From positions 4,435-68,434 of the forward strand of contig CAJQKT010000036.1 of assembly GCA_905478995.1 (NCBI GenBank): a DNA stretch of 64,000 bases, in the 5' to 3' direction. The notes beneath the pieces were generated by a model. The model saw nothing but the letters and a program-made list of their open reading frames with translations. It was not told where the DNA came from and searched no databases. Of the stretch, positions 19,957 to 30,135 are shown piece after piece; the first letter of the stretch is position 1, and each line of letters opens with the position of its first letter. Source of the stretch: an uncultured Pseudomonadales bacterium. Lineage in GTDB: Bacteria > Pseudomonadota > Gammaproteobacteria > Pseudomonadales > UBA7434. The translations under genes and the position numbers were made by a program.

Positions 19957-21300
19957 ATGCTTAACAAAATTGTCATTGCCAACCGTGGTGAAATTGCTCT
20001 GCGCATCTTACGCGCCTGTCGAGAGCTCGGCATCAAAACCGTTGCCGTGCACAGCACCGCCGATAGCGAGCAATTGCATGTTCGCCTAGCCGATGAAGCA
20101 GTATGCATTGGCCCTGCCTCTTCCACTGAAAGTTATCTAAGCAGTCATGCCATCATTAGTGCCGCAGAAGTGACTAACGCCGATGGCATTCATCCAGGCT
20201 ATGGATTTCTTGCCGAGAATGCGGATTTTGCCGAGCAAGTCGAAAAGAGTGGTTTTGTATTTGTAGGACCCACCGCTGACGTCATCCGTATCATGGGTGA
20301 CAAAGTGGCCGCTATTGCTGCTATGCAAGAAGCCGGAGTGCCTACGGTACCCGGATCTAACGGCCCACTCGACGACGATCCTGCCCGCTCAATAAAAATT
20401 GCTCATAATATTGGCTACCCCGTTATTATCAAGGCGGCGGCTGGCGGCGGCGGCCGCGGCATGCGAGTGGTTCATGAAGAATCGACGCTAGTTAATTCAA
20501 TTGCATTAACGCAGTCTGAGGCACTCGCCGCATTTAAAGATGGTACAGTTTATCTTGAAAAATTTTTGGGCAATCCCCGCCATGTAGAAATTCAAGTACT
20601 CGCTGACGGCCAAGGCAACGCCATCCACTTGGGTGATCGTGACTGCTCATTACAAAGACGCCACCAAAAAGTTATCGAAGAGGCACCCGCGCCACTCATT
20701 CCCAACGATCTTCGCAGCGATGTTGCAGAAGCCTGCGTCAATGCCTGCAAACGCATCAATTACCGCGGCGCTGGTACCTTTGAATTCTTGTATGAAGATG
20801 GCGCTTTTTATTTTATTGAAATGAATACCCGCGTACAGGTGGAACATCCCGTATCAGAAATGATTACTGGCGTTGACATCGTCAAAGAGCAACTGCTCAT
20901 TGCCGGGGGCCGAGGCTTAACGCTCAAGCAACATGACATTCATTTCAACGGGCACGCCATTGAATGCAGGATTAATGCTGAAGACCCTGATACATTTATG
21001 CCCTCGCCGGGAAAAATCAGCTACTTTCATGCACCGGGTGGCAATGGCGTTCGCGTTGACTCGCACGTATACAGTGGCTACACCGTACCCCCTCACTACG
21101 ACTCGCTAATTGCAAAAATTATTTGTTTCGGTCCTGACAGAGATACTGCGCTCAAGCGAATGAATGGCGCGCTCGACGAATTGATTATCAACGGCATTAA
21201 ATCTAATATCGAATTACATAAAAAATTAATCAATGATAGCGAAGTGCGCATTGGCGGAATGAACATACACTATCTTGAAAATAAACTTGCCTCAGAGTGA
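19957..21300 (+). CDS. accC: acetyl-CoA carboxylase biotin carboxylase subunit
   Basis: 447 aa with [23 protein letters not shown] and ATP-grasp motifs, directly downstream of accB. Confidence 0.95.
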   Translation: MLNKIVIANRGEIALRILRACRELGIKTVAVHSTADSEQLHVRLADEAVCIGPASSTESYLSSHAIISAAEVTNADGIHPGYGFLAENADFAEQVEKSGFVFVGPTADVIRIMGDKVAAIAAMQEAGVPTVPGSNGPLDDDPARSIKIAHNIGYPVIIKAAAGGGGRGMRVVHEESTLVNSIALTQSEALAAFKDGTVYLEKFLGNPRHVEIQVLADGQGNAIHLGDRDCSLQRRHQKVIEEAPAPLIPNDLRSDVAEACVNACKRINYRGAGTFEFLYEDGAFYFIEMNTRVQVEHPVSEMITGVDIVKEQLLIAGGRGLTLKQHDIHFNGHAIECRINAEDPDTFMPSPGKISYFHAPGGNGVRVDSHVYSGYTVPPHYDSLIAKIICFGPDRDTALKRMNGALDELIINGIKSNIELHKKLINDSEVRIGGMNIHYLENKLASE

Positions 21301-21345
21301 TTCCTCGCAAGCACCTAGAATCACTCAAAATTGCAGGGCAATAAA

Positions 21346-22263
21346 ATGAGCTGGCTGCAGCTGCACATCTATATTAAGCCTCAGCAAGTACAACAACTCG
21401 AGGATGCGCTAGAGCTGTGCAGCGCTATAAGCATCACGTTTCAAGATCGCGCTGATGAGCCGATTTACGAGCCTGGCGTGGGAGAAACGCCTCTCTGGCC
21501 CAGTATTAAAGCAACCGCCCTATTCAACCCTGACGCCGACCCTGACGCTATAACAAAAAAACTATGCGGTGAATTAGGCGCACCAGATCTTGATTGCGAA
21601 ATAGAGATCCTACACGATCGTGACTGGGAGCGTGAGTGGCTAGATCACTTCAAGCCTATTCAATGCGGCAAGAGGCTGTGGATTTGTCCGGGCTGGCACG
21701 AACCACCAGATCCTAATGCGATTAATGTGGTCCTCGATCCTGGCCTTGCCTTTGGAACAGGCACACATGAAACCACAAAGCTTTGCTTGCAATGGCTCGA
21801 TCAAGCACAGGTCAATCAAAACGATGTACTGGATTTTGGCTGCGGCTCTGGAATTTTGGGCATTGCCGCACTATTGCTTGGCGCCAAGCATGTAACTTTT
21901 GTCGATAATGATCCGCAAGCACTTGCAGCAACATTAGCCAATTTAGATAAAAATAACTGTCATGCCAAAAGCTATGAAGTAGTGCATGCCGATGCCTTCG
22001 TTCATAAAAAAAATAGCGCGCCAGCCGAACGGTTTAAGCTAGTCATCGCCAATATACTTGCGCAACCCCTAATTGATCTAGCCGAGCAGCTTTGCGGCGC
22101 AATGAGCAGCGATGCGGCGTTAGTTTTATCGGGCATTCGTTCCGAGCAGAAGATGGCTGTTGAGGCTGCCTATCATGAAAGGATCAGCTTTTTTCCAGCT
22201 TTAAGTGAAAACAACTGGCTATGTTTAACTGGGGTGAAAAAATCGCCTAATAATGATTACTGA
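21346..22263 (+). CDS. prmA: ribosomal protein L11 methyltransferase
   Basis: The start MSWLQLHIY is typical of PrmA. The SAM-binding motif LDFGCGSGILGIAA is present and the gene follows accBC. The ORF-track TTG start at 21331 is probably 5 codons too long. Confidence 0.9.
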   Translation: MSWLQLHIYIKPQQVQQLEDALELCSAISITFQDRADEPIYEPGVGETPLWPSIKATALFNPDADPDAITKKLCGELGAPDLDCEIEILHDRDWEREWLDHFKPIQCGKRLWICPGWHEPPDPNAINVVLDPGLAFGTGTHETTKLCLQWLDQAQVNQNDVLDFGCGSGILGIAALLLGAKHVTFVDNDPQALAATLANLDKNNCHAKSYEVVHADAFVHKKNSAPAERFKLVIANILAQPLIDLAEQLCGAMSSDAALVLSGIRSEQKMAVEAAYHERISFFPALSENNWLCLTGVKKSPNNDY

Positions 22264-23101
22264 ATGCCCAAGCTGCAAAAAACGTTTTTTGATCATGGAA
22301 TACATCTTTGAGTCGTCGCAAGGTCATGTGCGCTGCGGCGCCTGCATGAAAATATTCAAGGCTTTCGACAATCGAAAAGAACCTGATAACAACCAAGGAG
22401 GCACTTTAGCTCAGCCATCAACGGCAAGCAGAACCAACACACCGAGTACCGTCAAAAAAGATTCAAAAAATACCGTTGATAATCGCTACCTCGACGATGG
22501 CCGAGTAGAGCCGGTTGTGTTGAGTGACGACCAGCCTATTAACATAGAGACGTTAGCCGCACAATTTCAATCCGACCCGCTTGAAATATCAGGCAAACTA
22601 CCTACTCGTAAGCGTTCATTGATCCAAAGCATGGGTTGGGTCATAAGCTTTGGCGCCGCCATGATTTTAGCAGGCATACTTTATTTAAAATGGCTGGAGC
22701 ACAGCGTCGATACACTACCTGAAAAATCCTTGGTGCAACATGCCTACCATATGGCTTGCGGCTTACTGCGCTGCAACTTACAAGCAAAAGTAAGCGATGT
22801 AGTATTACTCAAGCTAACGGTTTACAGCCATCCAATGCAAAACAATAAACTCGTAGCAGAGGCTGTGATCGTTAATGCCGGTCATCTTGCGCTACCGTGG
22901 CCAACATTAAAAATCCAGTTTACCGATGCGCAAGGCACACCCGTCAGCCAACGCAGCTTTGCGCCCAGTGACTATACGATTGAGCAACGCTCACATCAAA
23001 AAAGTTTGGCGCCCTCCCAGCCGACACATATCAAATTAGAAATTGCCGACCCAGGTTCACATGCGGTAAATTACGTCCTTGATATTGTGGACGCTAGTTA
23101 A
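22253..23101 (+). CDS. zinc-ribbon plus DUF3426 domain protein
   Basis: 282 aa with an N-terminal MJ0042-type finger (CPSCKKRF...VRCGACMKIF), one TM segment and a C-terminal beta-rich domain. It overlaps the prmA stop by 11 nt. Confidence 0.7.
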   Translation: MITECPSCKKRFLIMEYIFESSQGHVRCGACMKIFKAFDNRKEPDNNQGGTLAQPSTASRTNTPSTVKKDSKNTVDNRYLDDGRVEPVVLSDDQPINIETLAAQFQSDPLEISGKLPTRKRSLIQSMGWVISFGAAMILAGILYLKWLEHSVDTLPEKSLVQHAYHMACGLLRCNLQAKVSDVVLLKLTVYSHPMQNNKLVAEAVIVNAGHLALPWPTLKIQFTDAQGTPVSQRSFAPSDYTIEQRSHQKSLAPSQPTHIKLEIADPGSHAVNYVLDIVDAS

Positions 23102-23215
23102 GGTGGCTTTTATGCGCCGCCCGCGCACAATAACACCATGCACAGGCAATCCGACCTACCGAATGAATCAACAGCATAAAATGAATCAACCACACAAAAA
23201 GCTCAGAAGCGCCCA

Positions 23216-24412
23216 ATGACTCGTATCGGGCCTTATTTGATTTCTGGCAAAGCAGTTTTAGCGCCTATGGCCGGGGTGACAGACCTGCCCTTTCGGCAAG
23301 TCTGTCGCGAGATGGGCGCTGCACTCGTTACCGCTGAAATGGCCGCCAGCAACCCCCTCTTGCGTAACACTTTAAAATCTCAACTGCGTTTAGCACAAGC
23401 CGATGAAGTTGGACCCCGCATCGTACAAATTGTAGGTACGGAACCCGGCCAAATGGCTGAGGCCGCCGCCTATCAAGTTGCTGCAGGCGCCCAAATCGTC
23501 GACATCAATATGGGCTGCCCGGCTAAAAAAGTCTGTAAAAAACTGGCCGGCTCAGCGCTAATGAAAGACCAGGCGCTAGTTAAAAAGATTTTGCATGCTG
23601 TTGTGGGGGCAGTCGACGTTCCGGTGACACTTAAAATACGAACCGGCTGGGATCAAACTTCGCGCAACGCCGTGGAGATCGCCAAAATAGCCGAGGCATC
23701 TGGTATTCAGTCGCTTGCCGTGCATGGTCGTACGCGAGCCTGTCGATTTAAGGGCGAGGCCGAATACGACACGATCAGCGACGTCGTCCAAGCGGTTTGT
23801 ATTCCTGTATTTGCCAATGGTGATATAACTACTGCTCAAAAAGCGGTCGACGTGCTAGCACACACTGGGGCTTCTGGAGTGATGATTGGCAGAGCTGCAC
23901 AGGGAAATCCTTGGATTTTTAAAGAAATCAATGCCTTAATTGATAATCCTGCAGAATCTTGTGGACTTTTCACAGGTAAATCATTGAAATTGTTAGAGGC
24001 AAAACGGGTAGAACGACTTATAATCAATCACCTGTTGCATATTCATACGTTTTACAGCAGCTACGACTTGTTAAACGTCGACTCAAAAGCAAAAAATTCT
24101 GGCAATTTTTTGTCCGACTTGAGCATTAAAGTAGCGCGAAAGCATATTTGCTGGTATTTTGAACAGCTGAAGCTTTCGGCAGGGCTTACAAATAAAGGCC
24201 AAACAAGCTTTACCAAGGATCCAGACCATCTGTTAAGGTCGAATGAGCAAATCTTGAGCAATATAGAAAACAAGGATGCCATTCGAGCGACGAGCGTCGT
24301 ACTGGAAACCGCTAGATCGCGGTTTAATAAACTGGAGAGTCAATCAGCGCAATTGGACTTTCTACTGCAATTTTTCGGGGAATTACATACCATAGGGGAC
24401 AAAACAACATGA
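23216..24412 (+). CDS. dusB: tRNA-dihydrouridine synthase B, with extended C-terminal helical region
   Basis: 398 aa with [24 protein letters not shown] and ARKHICWYF motifs. Its stop overlaps the fis start (ATGA), matching the classical dusB-fis operon. Confidence 0.9.
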   Translation: MTRIGPYLISGKAVLAPMAGVTDLPFRQVCREMGAALVTAEMAASNPLLRNTLKSQLRLAQADEVGPRIVQIVGTEPGQMAEAAAYQVAAGAQIVDINMGCPAKKVCKKLAGSALMKDQALVKKILHAVVGAVDVPVTLKIRTGWDQTSRNAVEIAKIAEASGIQSLAVHGRTRACRFKGEAEYDTISDVVQAVCIPVFANGDITTAQKAVDVLAHTGASGVMIGRAAQGNPWIFKEINALIDNPAESCGLFTGKSLKLLEAKRVERLIINHLLHIHTFYSSYDLLNVDSKAKNSGNFLSDLSIKVARKHICWYFEQLKLSAGLTNKGQTSFTKDPDHLLRSNEQILSNIENKDAIRATSVVLETARSRFNKLESQSAQLDFLLQFFGELHTIGDKTT

Positions 24413-24732
24413 GCACAACTAATTCTTTTTTACATGACACCACTCCACCTGCAGCTATAAACCAACCTATTACTGAGCAAGCAGAACCAACAACAATAGG
24501 CTCAGCAGCAAGCTTACGTGAAAATGTTGAAGCGGCGATGGCGAATTACTTCAAACATCTGGACGGCCAACCGGTATCTGACGTTTACCAAATGGTTCTC
24601 TCAGAAGTAGAAGCACCTATGCTTGAGCAAGTAATGAAGTATGTGCGCAACAACCAAACGAAGGCAGCACATTTGCTGGGCTTAAATCGCGGCACGCTGC
24701 GCAAAAAACTAAAGCAATACGGCCTGCTGTAA
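24409..24732 (+). CDS. fis: DNA-binding protein Fis
   Basis: 107 aa with the C-terminal helix-turn-helix [25 protein letters not shown]. Confidence 0.92.
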   Translation: MSTTNSFLHDTTPPAAINQPITEQAEPTTIGSAASLRENVEAAMANYFKHLDGQPVSDVYQMVLSEVEAPMLEQVMKYVRNNQTKAAHLLGLNRGTLRKKLKQYGLL

Positions 24733-24764
24733 GCGCCGCTCAATAAAAATCATTTCCCCTTTTT

Positions 24765-24802
24765 CATGGCGCTGAGCTTGCAATAAATCGCTCAGCGCCA
24801 TG
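24765..24802 (+). terminator. perfect 13-bp stem-loop downstream of fis (terminator-like, no U tract)
   Basis: CATGGCGCTGAGC (24765-24777) and GCTCAGCGCCATG (24790-24802) flank a 12-nt loop, starting 33 nt after the fis stop. It is followed by GGCCTCC rather than a T run. Confidence 0.35.
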
Positions 24803-25115
24803 GGCCTCCAATGAAATGAATTCCATCTTAGCGCCGCTATGTGGATTTTTGCATTGCGCATTCCGCGCCACATCTTTAAAGTACGCGCTCGCTTGTCGCA
24901 GCGCCACGCATGACGCCCTGCAGCAGCCATCAAACAACATTGCTAATTTTGCGGCAACCGACATTAGGGTGCGCTGCTTCGGCTGAGTGCCTCTGCTCCC
25001 GCCACCGAACTGCCCTATAATTTGCTGCGAGTGAGTGGTCACTTACTGATGGCATGGCTTAGATGGCCACTCTCAAAACAATATGTATCCACAACGACAA
25101 AGGCAACCTACGATT

Positions 25116-26690
25116 ATGTCAGAACAAGACTCTGTTAAAATTCGGCGCGCACTGATAAGCGTTTCAGATAAAAGCGGAATTGCTGAATTTGCCGCAGCAC
25201 TCCATTCGATGGGTGTTGAAATACTGTCAACAGGTGGAACCTTCAACCTATTACAGCAACATGACATCCCCGTTGTAGAAGTGTCTGCACACACCGGCTT
25301 TCCTGAAATGATGTCGGGGCGTGTCAAAACATTACACCCAAAAATTCATGGTGGCATACTCGCTCGCCGCGGTATTGACGAAGAGGTGATGCAACAGAAT
25401 GCTATCGTGCCGATTGACCTTGTGGTGGTTAACCTCTATCCGTTTGCCGCTACGATAGCAAAACCAGATTGCACCTTAGAAGATGCAATCGAAAATATCG
25501 ACATTGGCGGCCCTACCATGGTCAGATCCGCGGCTAAAAATCATCAGTCGGTTACGATCATAGTAAACGCTGATGACTACGCCGGCGTACTTAGCGAGAT
25601 GCAAAACAACCAAGGTGCCACCAGTCAGGCTACACGATTTAACTTAGCAATAAAGGCATTCGAACATACTGCTGCCTATGACGGCGCTATCGCCAACCAT
25701 TTTGGCACACAGGTGCCTGGAGGCAGCTCACAGTTTCCGCGGACTTTTAATACGCAATTCATCAAAGCCCAAGACCTTCGCTACGGCGAAAACCCTCATC
25801 AGCAAGCAGCCTTCTACCGCGAAACCACCGCTAGCGAAACCGGCATTGCAAGTGCTCGCCAACTGCAAGGCAAAGAACTGTCGTTTAATAATATTGCCGA
25901 TACAGATGCCGCTTTAGAGACCGTCAAGCTATTTACTGCTCCTACCTGCGTTATAGTCAAGCATGCCAACCCTTGCGGTGTGGCCAGCGACACGACCATT
26001 GCCAGCGCCTATCAAAAAGCATTTACTACTGATCCTGAGTCAGCTTTTGGCGGCATCATTGCTTTTAATCGACAGCTCGATCAAGAAACAGCTGCCGCAA
26101 TTTGCGCGCAACAATTTGTTGAAGTGATTATTGCCCCCTCAGCCAGTGAAGAAGCCATTCAAACCGTGGCCACTAAAAAGAATGTTCGCTTGCTGGTTTG
26201 TGGTGAATTTAGCGCTACTCATGCCGCTTTAGATTACAAGCGCGTCAATGGCGGCCTGCTCGTCCAAGATCGTGACCTAGGCATGGTAGGCATTGATGAT
26301 TTGACCATTGTTACCGAGCGCAAACCAGATACGACTGAGCTGGCCGATATGCTATTCAGCTGGAAAGTAGCCAAGATGGTTAAATCTAACGCTATTGTTT
26401 ATGGGAAAGGCCAGCAGACTATTGGCGTGGGTGCCGGACAGATGAGCCGGGTAAATAGCGCTCGCATTGCCGCTATTAAAGCGGAGCATGCAGGGCTCGA
26501 CGTGGCTGGTTCATGCATGGCTTCAGACGCATTCTTCCCATTTAGAGATGGCATCGATAATGCCGCTGGCGTTGGCATAAGCTGTGTAATCCAGCCTGGC
26601 GGATCTATTCGTGATGAAGAGACAATTGCAGCAGCCAATGAGGCTGGCATGACGATGGCCTTTACCGCCATGCGCCACTTCAAACACTAA
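25116..26690 (+). CDS. purH: bifunctional AICAR transformylase / IMP cyclohydrolase
   Basis: [12 protein letters not shown], the MGS-like N-domain and the AICARFT C-domain match PurH. Start taken at MSEQDS (25116); the ORF-track start at 25083 adds 11 codons. Confidence 0.93.
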   Translation: MSEQDSVKIRRALISVSDKSGIAEFAAALHSMGVEILSTGGTFNLLQQHDIPVVEVSAHTGFPEMMSGRVKTLHPKIHGGILARRGIDEEVMQQNAIVPIDLVVVNLYPFAATIAKPDCTLEDAIENIDIGGPTMVRSAAKNHQSVTIIVNADDYAGVLSEMQNNQGATSQATRFNLAIKAFEHTAAYDGAIANHFGTQVPGGSSQFPRTFNTQFIKAQDLRYGENPHQQAAFYRETTASETGIASARQLQGKELSFNNIADTDAALETVKLFTAPTCVIVKHANPCGVASDTTIASAYQKAFTTDPESAFGGIIAFNRQLDQETAAAICAQQFVEVIIAPSASEEAIQTVATKKNVRLLVCGEFSATHAALDYKRVNGGLLVQDRDLGMVGIDDLTIVTERKPDTTELADMLFSWKVAKMVKSNAIVYGKGQQTIGVGAGQMSRVNSARIAAIKAEHAGLDVAGSCMASDAFFPFRDGIDNAAGVGISCVIQPGGSIRDEETIAAANEAGMTMAFTAMRHFKH

Positions 26691-26739
26691 ATCGATCCTA
26701 TAGCGCTATATCGAACTATAAATTTTTCAGGAAGTAAAA

Positions 26740-28011
26740 ATGAATGTATTAATGATCGGAGGCGGCGGCCGCGAGCATGCGTTATCGTGGAAGCTCGCCC
26801 AAAGTGACCAGGTTGAAACTGTTTTTGTAGCGCCCGGAAATGCTGGCACGGCACGCGAACCCGGCCTAAAAAATATTGCCATAGACAATAACGATTTTGA
26901 AGCATTGGTGGCTTTTGCCAAAAGTAATGATGTTGGCCTCACCGTTATTGGACCAGAGGCACCATTGGTAGAAGGTATTGTTGACTTTTTCGAGGAGCAC
27001 GATCTTTTGTGTTTTGGCCCATCGGCAAAAGCCGCCCAGCTCGAAGGCTCAAAGTCTTTTACAAAAGATTTTCTTGCGCGACACAATATCCCTAGCGCCG
27101 CCTACCAAACATTTACCGACCCTGCCCCTGCCATCGCCTATGTGCGCCAGCAGGGCGCGCCTATTGTTATCAAAGCAGACGGATTAGCTGCAGGCAAGGG
27201 CGTAATCGTTGCCATGAATTTGGCTGAAGCAGAGGCAGCCATTCAAGACATGCTTGAAGGCAATGCATTTGGTGAAGCCGGTCATCGTGTAGTTGTAGAA
27301 GAATTTCTCGAAGGAGAGGAAGCAAGCTTTATTGTAATTAGCGATGGCGTGAACGTATTACCTATGGCCACGAGCCAAGATCATAAACGCATTAGTGATG
27401 GCGACACCGGCCCTAACACCGGGGGTATGGGAGCTTACTCTCCAGCTCCTGTAGTTACCGAAGCGCTGCATGCCAGAGTCATGCGTGAAATAATCATGCC
27501 TACTGTCGAAGGCATGGCCGCTGAGGGTAACACCTACAAAGGTTTTCTTTATGCAGGGCTAATGATCACTCCGGCAGGCGAGCCAAAAGTTATTGAATAT
27601 AACTGCCGCTTTGGTGATCCTGAAACACAACCGATCATGATGCGCCTACAATCCGATTTAGCAGAGCTCTGCATGGCCACTTTAAAAACGGCCCTTAACA
27701 AGGCTACTATCAGCTGGTCAGAGCAAGCGGCCCTCGGCGTCGTTTTGGCGGCTGGCGGCTACCCTGACGATTATGATAAAGGCGACACAATCACCGGGTT
27801 GCAGGCGGCAGAGAATGATGACTGCAAAGTGTTCCATGCTGGCACTAGTACTGCTGACACCGAAGTGCATACAAATGGTGGTCGAGTCCTCTGCGTCACA
27901 GCTTTAGGCGACGATATCGGCGCTGCCAAGGCAAAGGCCTATGCAGGAGTTAAGCAAATCAACTGGCCAGGAATGCAATACCGCACAGATATCGGTGCAC
28001 GAGCTTTATAG
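26740..28011 (+). CDS. purD: phosphoribosylamine-glycine ligase
   Basis: 423 aa with MNVLMIGGGGREHALSWKL and an ATP-grasp core, directly downstream of purH. Confidence 0.95.
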   Translation: MNVLMIGGGGREHALSWKLAQSDQVETVFVAPGNAGTAREPGLKNIAIDNNDFEALVAFAKSNDVGLTVIGPEAPLVEGIVDFFEEHDLLCFGPSAKAAQLEGSKSFTKDFLARHNIPSAAYQTFTDPAPAIAYVRQQGAPIVIKADGLAAGKGVIVAMNLAEAEAAIQDMLEGNAFGEAGHRVVVEEFLEGEEASFIVISDGVNVLPMATSQDHKRISDGDTGPNTGGMGAYSPAPVVTEALHARVMREIIMPTVEGMAAEGNTYKGFLYAGLMITPAGEPKVIEYNCRFGDPETQPIMMRLQSDLAELCMATLKTALNKATISWSEQAALGVVLAAGGYPDDYDKGDTITGLQAAENDDCKVFHAGTSTADTEVHTNGGRVLCVTALGDDIGAAKAKAYAGVKQINWPGMQYRTDIGARAL

Positions 28012-28098
28012 CCACATGAAGCCGATACCTTTATGACTGACTGGGCTAGGTATTAGTAGGAGCGAACTAGCGCACTTCACAGAGAATAAATAGATACA

Positions 28099-28602
28099 TC
28101 ATGCAACAATATCTCGCCAACACGACAACTTTTTCTCATAGCCCATAGAGGCATGAGCAGGGCTAGTAGAAGGCAGGCGACTCAACTGAACATCGGTTAA
28201 CTGGCTAGCAAACTGACGAGACACGTGCTGTGTAAACAACGCCTCAGCTTTGGCGCCATTAAAATAAATTTTTCGCATCGAACTACACTTCGCAAAAAAT
28301 TCAGAAAAGTCATTAGGCACCACAGAGCTTGCCAATATATCCGCATCAAGACTCGAGGGCCTCTGGCAATTCTTTAAGACATCCCATAAAACAATGCCTT
28401 CGGCAGCGATTTTTTCCAGCCTGCTCTCATAGCTAATGTTCACGTCAAAATCGAAGAGTTGGGCCATAATTCGCCAAAATACATTACGCGGATGCGCATA
28501 ATATTGTCTTCGCTCTAGCGATGCGATGCCAGGCATACTGCCCAAAATTAAAACGTTTGCGCCAACGGTCGACGTTGGCGAAAAACCACTAATTGTTTTC
28601 AT
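28099..28602 (-). CDS. DNA-deoxyinosine glycosylase (UDG family 6-like)
   Basis: 167 aa. LILGSMPGIASLERRQYYAHPRNVFWRIM matches my recollection of the hypoxanthine-DNA glycosylase signature. Confidence 0.65.
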   Translation of the reverse strand: MKTISGFSPTSTVGANVLILGSMPGIASLERRQYYAHPRNVFWRIMAQLFDFDVNISYESRLEKIAAEGIVLWDVLKNCQRPSSLDADILASSVVPNDFSEFFAKCSSMRKIYFNGAKAEALFTQHVSRQFASQLTDVQLSRLPSTSPAHASMGYEKKLSCWRDIVA

Positions 28603-28612
28603 ACTGGGTATG

Positions 28613-29935
28613 CTAACTCAATAAATCTTTAATGGTTTTATTCTCAAGCGCTTTAGCAGTGGCGCCATCTAATTCCTGAAAAAAATCATCCACTTGCTGA
28701 TCAAAATCAGCTGGGCTAAGTGCAACACCGATTGAATTTCCTGATCGAATAGTGCGTATTAAATCTGACAGTGAAAAAGATTCCAACGGCTTGCGCGGAA
28801 ATAACTCTCCAGAATCTCCTGCAGCTCTGATTAGGTAACCTGAATTTTCTAACATATCGATCATGCCTTCTACCAAATACAAGCCAACCGACATATGCTC
28901 CGATAAACGCCGCGCATCCCATGGGCAAGAATCTTTACGGTAGCTATCTCCAACTAGATATAAAATATTTACCGCAAGCTTTTCATTATTTTTTGCACTG
29001 AGCGAAATCTGCTCTCGCCTGACGCGTAAGTTTTGCGGATTTTGATGATAAAACGATACGCTAGCGCCAATAAGTAACACCAACCATCCCAAATATATCC
29101 AGACCATTAAAATAATAATCGATGCAAAGGCAGAATAAATTGCCATACTAGTTGCAGAATTGGCTACAAAGTTCGCAATTCCCCAACCCATGATTTTCCA
29201 AATAATTGCCGTGACTAAGCCGCCAATAAAAGCTGAAGCAATGTTTACCTTAGTATTTGGCAGGTAGGCGTAAATAAAAGCAAAGCCCGCCGACATCATC
29301 AAATACGGCAGCAAATAGCCCGACAAAGCCATAATCTGATCACCGTAAGGCAGTACCACAAAATATTGTTCGGCTACAGTGGTATTAACGGACGTAGTAA
29401 TAGCCGCTGAAAGAAAAATCAATAGAGGCCCAACAAATATTACGCTTAAATAATCGCGAAATCGTTGCGACATATCTCGAGCTCGTTTTATTTGCCACGT
29501 ATAATTAAATGCCGTTTCAATTTTTTGCATCATCGAAATAACACTATAAATTAAAATGGCGAAACCTATAGAGCCAAGTACACCTACATTAACGTTGCCA
29601 ATAAATTGCATTATTTTCTCGACAATTTCAAACCGCTGATCACCTAAATCCACCAAGGTATCGAGCATGGCCGGCTCTACTCGATGGTGCATCCCAAAGC
29701 CCTTTAAAACCGAAAAGCTCAAAGCAATAACGGGCACAATAGCGATCACAGTGGTATACACCAAGCTCATAGCTCGCAAACTTAAATGGCCATCACTTAA
29801 GTCGCGAAGTACTGCTATGGCAATCCGTAAGGCCCTTACAAAGAAGCTCTGTAAGCGATTGCCGGTCATCGCATCACGGCTCCACAGCCATTGGCTTAGG
29901 GGTTGTGTGTGTTTTTGCAAAATATCTAAAATCAT
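28613..29935 (-). CDS. YihY/BrkB family inner-membrane protein with C-terminal soluble extension
   Basis: 440 aa with about 6 TM segments in YihY-like order, followed by a soluble tail of roughly 120 aa. Confidence 0.7.
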   Translation of the reverse strand: MILDILQKHTQPLSQWLWSRDAMTGNRLQSFFVRALRIAIAVLRDLSDGHLSLRAMSLVYTTVIAIVPVIALSFSVLKGFGMHHRVEPAMLDTLVDLGDQRFEIVEKIMQFIGNVNVGVLGSIGFAILIYSVISMMQKIETAFNYTWQIKRARDMSQRFRDYLSVIFVGPLLIFLSAAITTSVNTTVAEQYFVVLPYGDQIMALSGYLLPYLMMSAGFAFIYAYLPNTKVNIASAFIGGLVTAIIWKIMGWGIANFVANSATSMAIYSAFASIIILMVWIYLGWLVLLIGASVSFYHQNPQNLRVRREQISLSAKNNEKLAVNILYLVGDSYRKDSCPWDARRLSEHMSVGLYLVEGMIDMLENSGYLIRAAGDSGELFPRKPLESFSLSDLIRTIRSGNSIGVALSPADFDQQVDDFFQELDGATAKALENKTIKDLLS

Positions 29936-30135
29936 CGCTCTGCTCTCGGTAAATAGGTTACATATATTTAATTTGCGTCGAGCTAAAGACTCTTGCGCTC
30001 AATTGGCTCACTAACAGTTGCAATTATAACGCTAGATGCTTTACGAATAGTGCTAGCAGGAGCTAACCTTTTTCGGGATAATCCGTGCTCTTTGGGCAAG
30101 CGCGAGCCTAAACGCTAACATCACTGAGACGTTTT

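Noticed and set aside
24709-25042. Two overlapping minus-strand ORFs (74 and 92 aa) in the fis-purH spacer.
   Set aside because: They are mutually overlapping, Cys/Arg-rich and span the hairpin. They have no start context or family resemblance.
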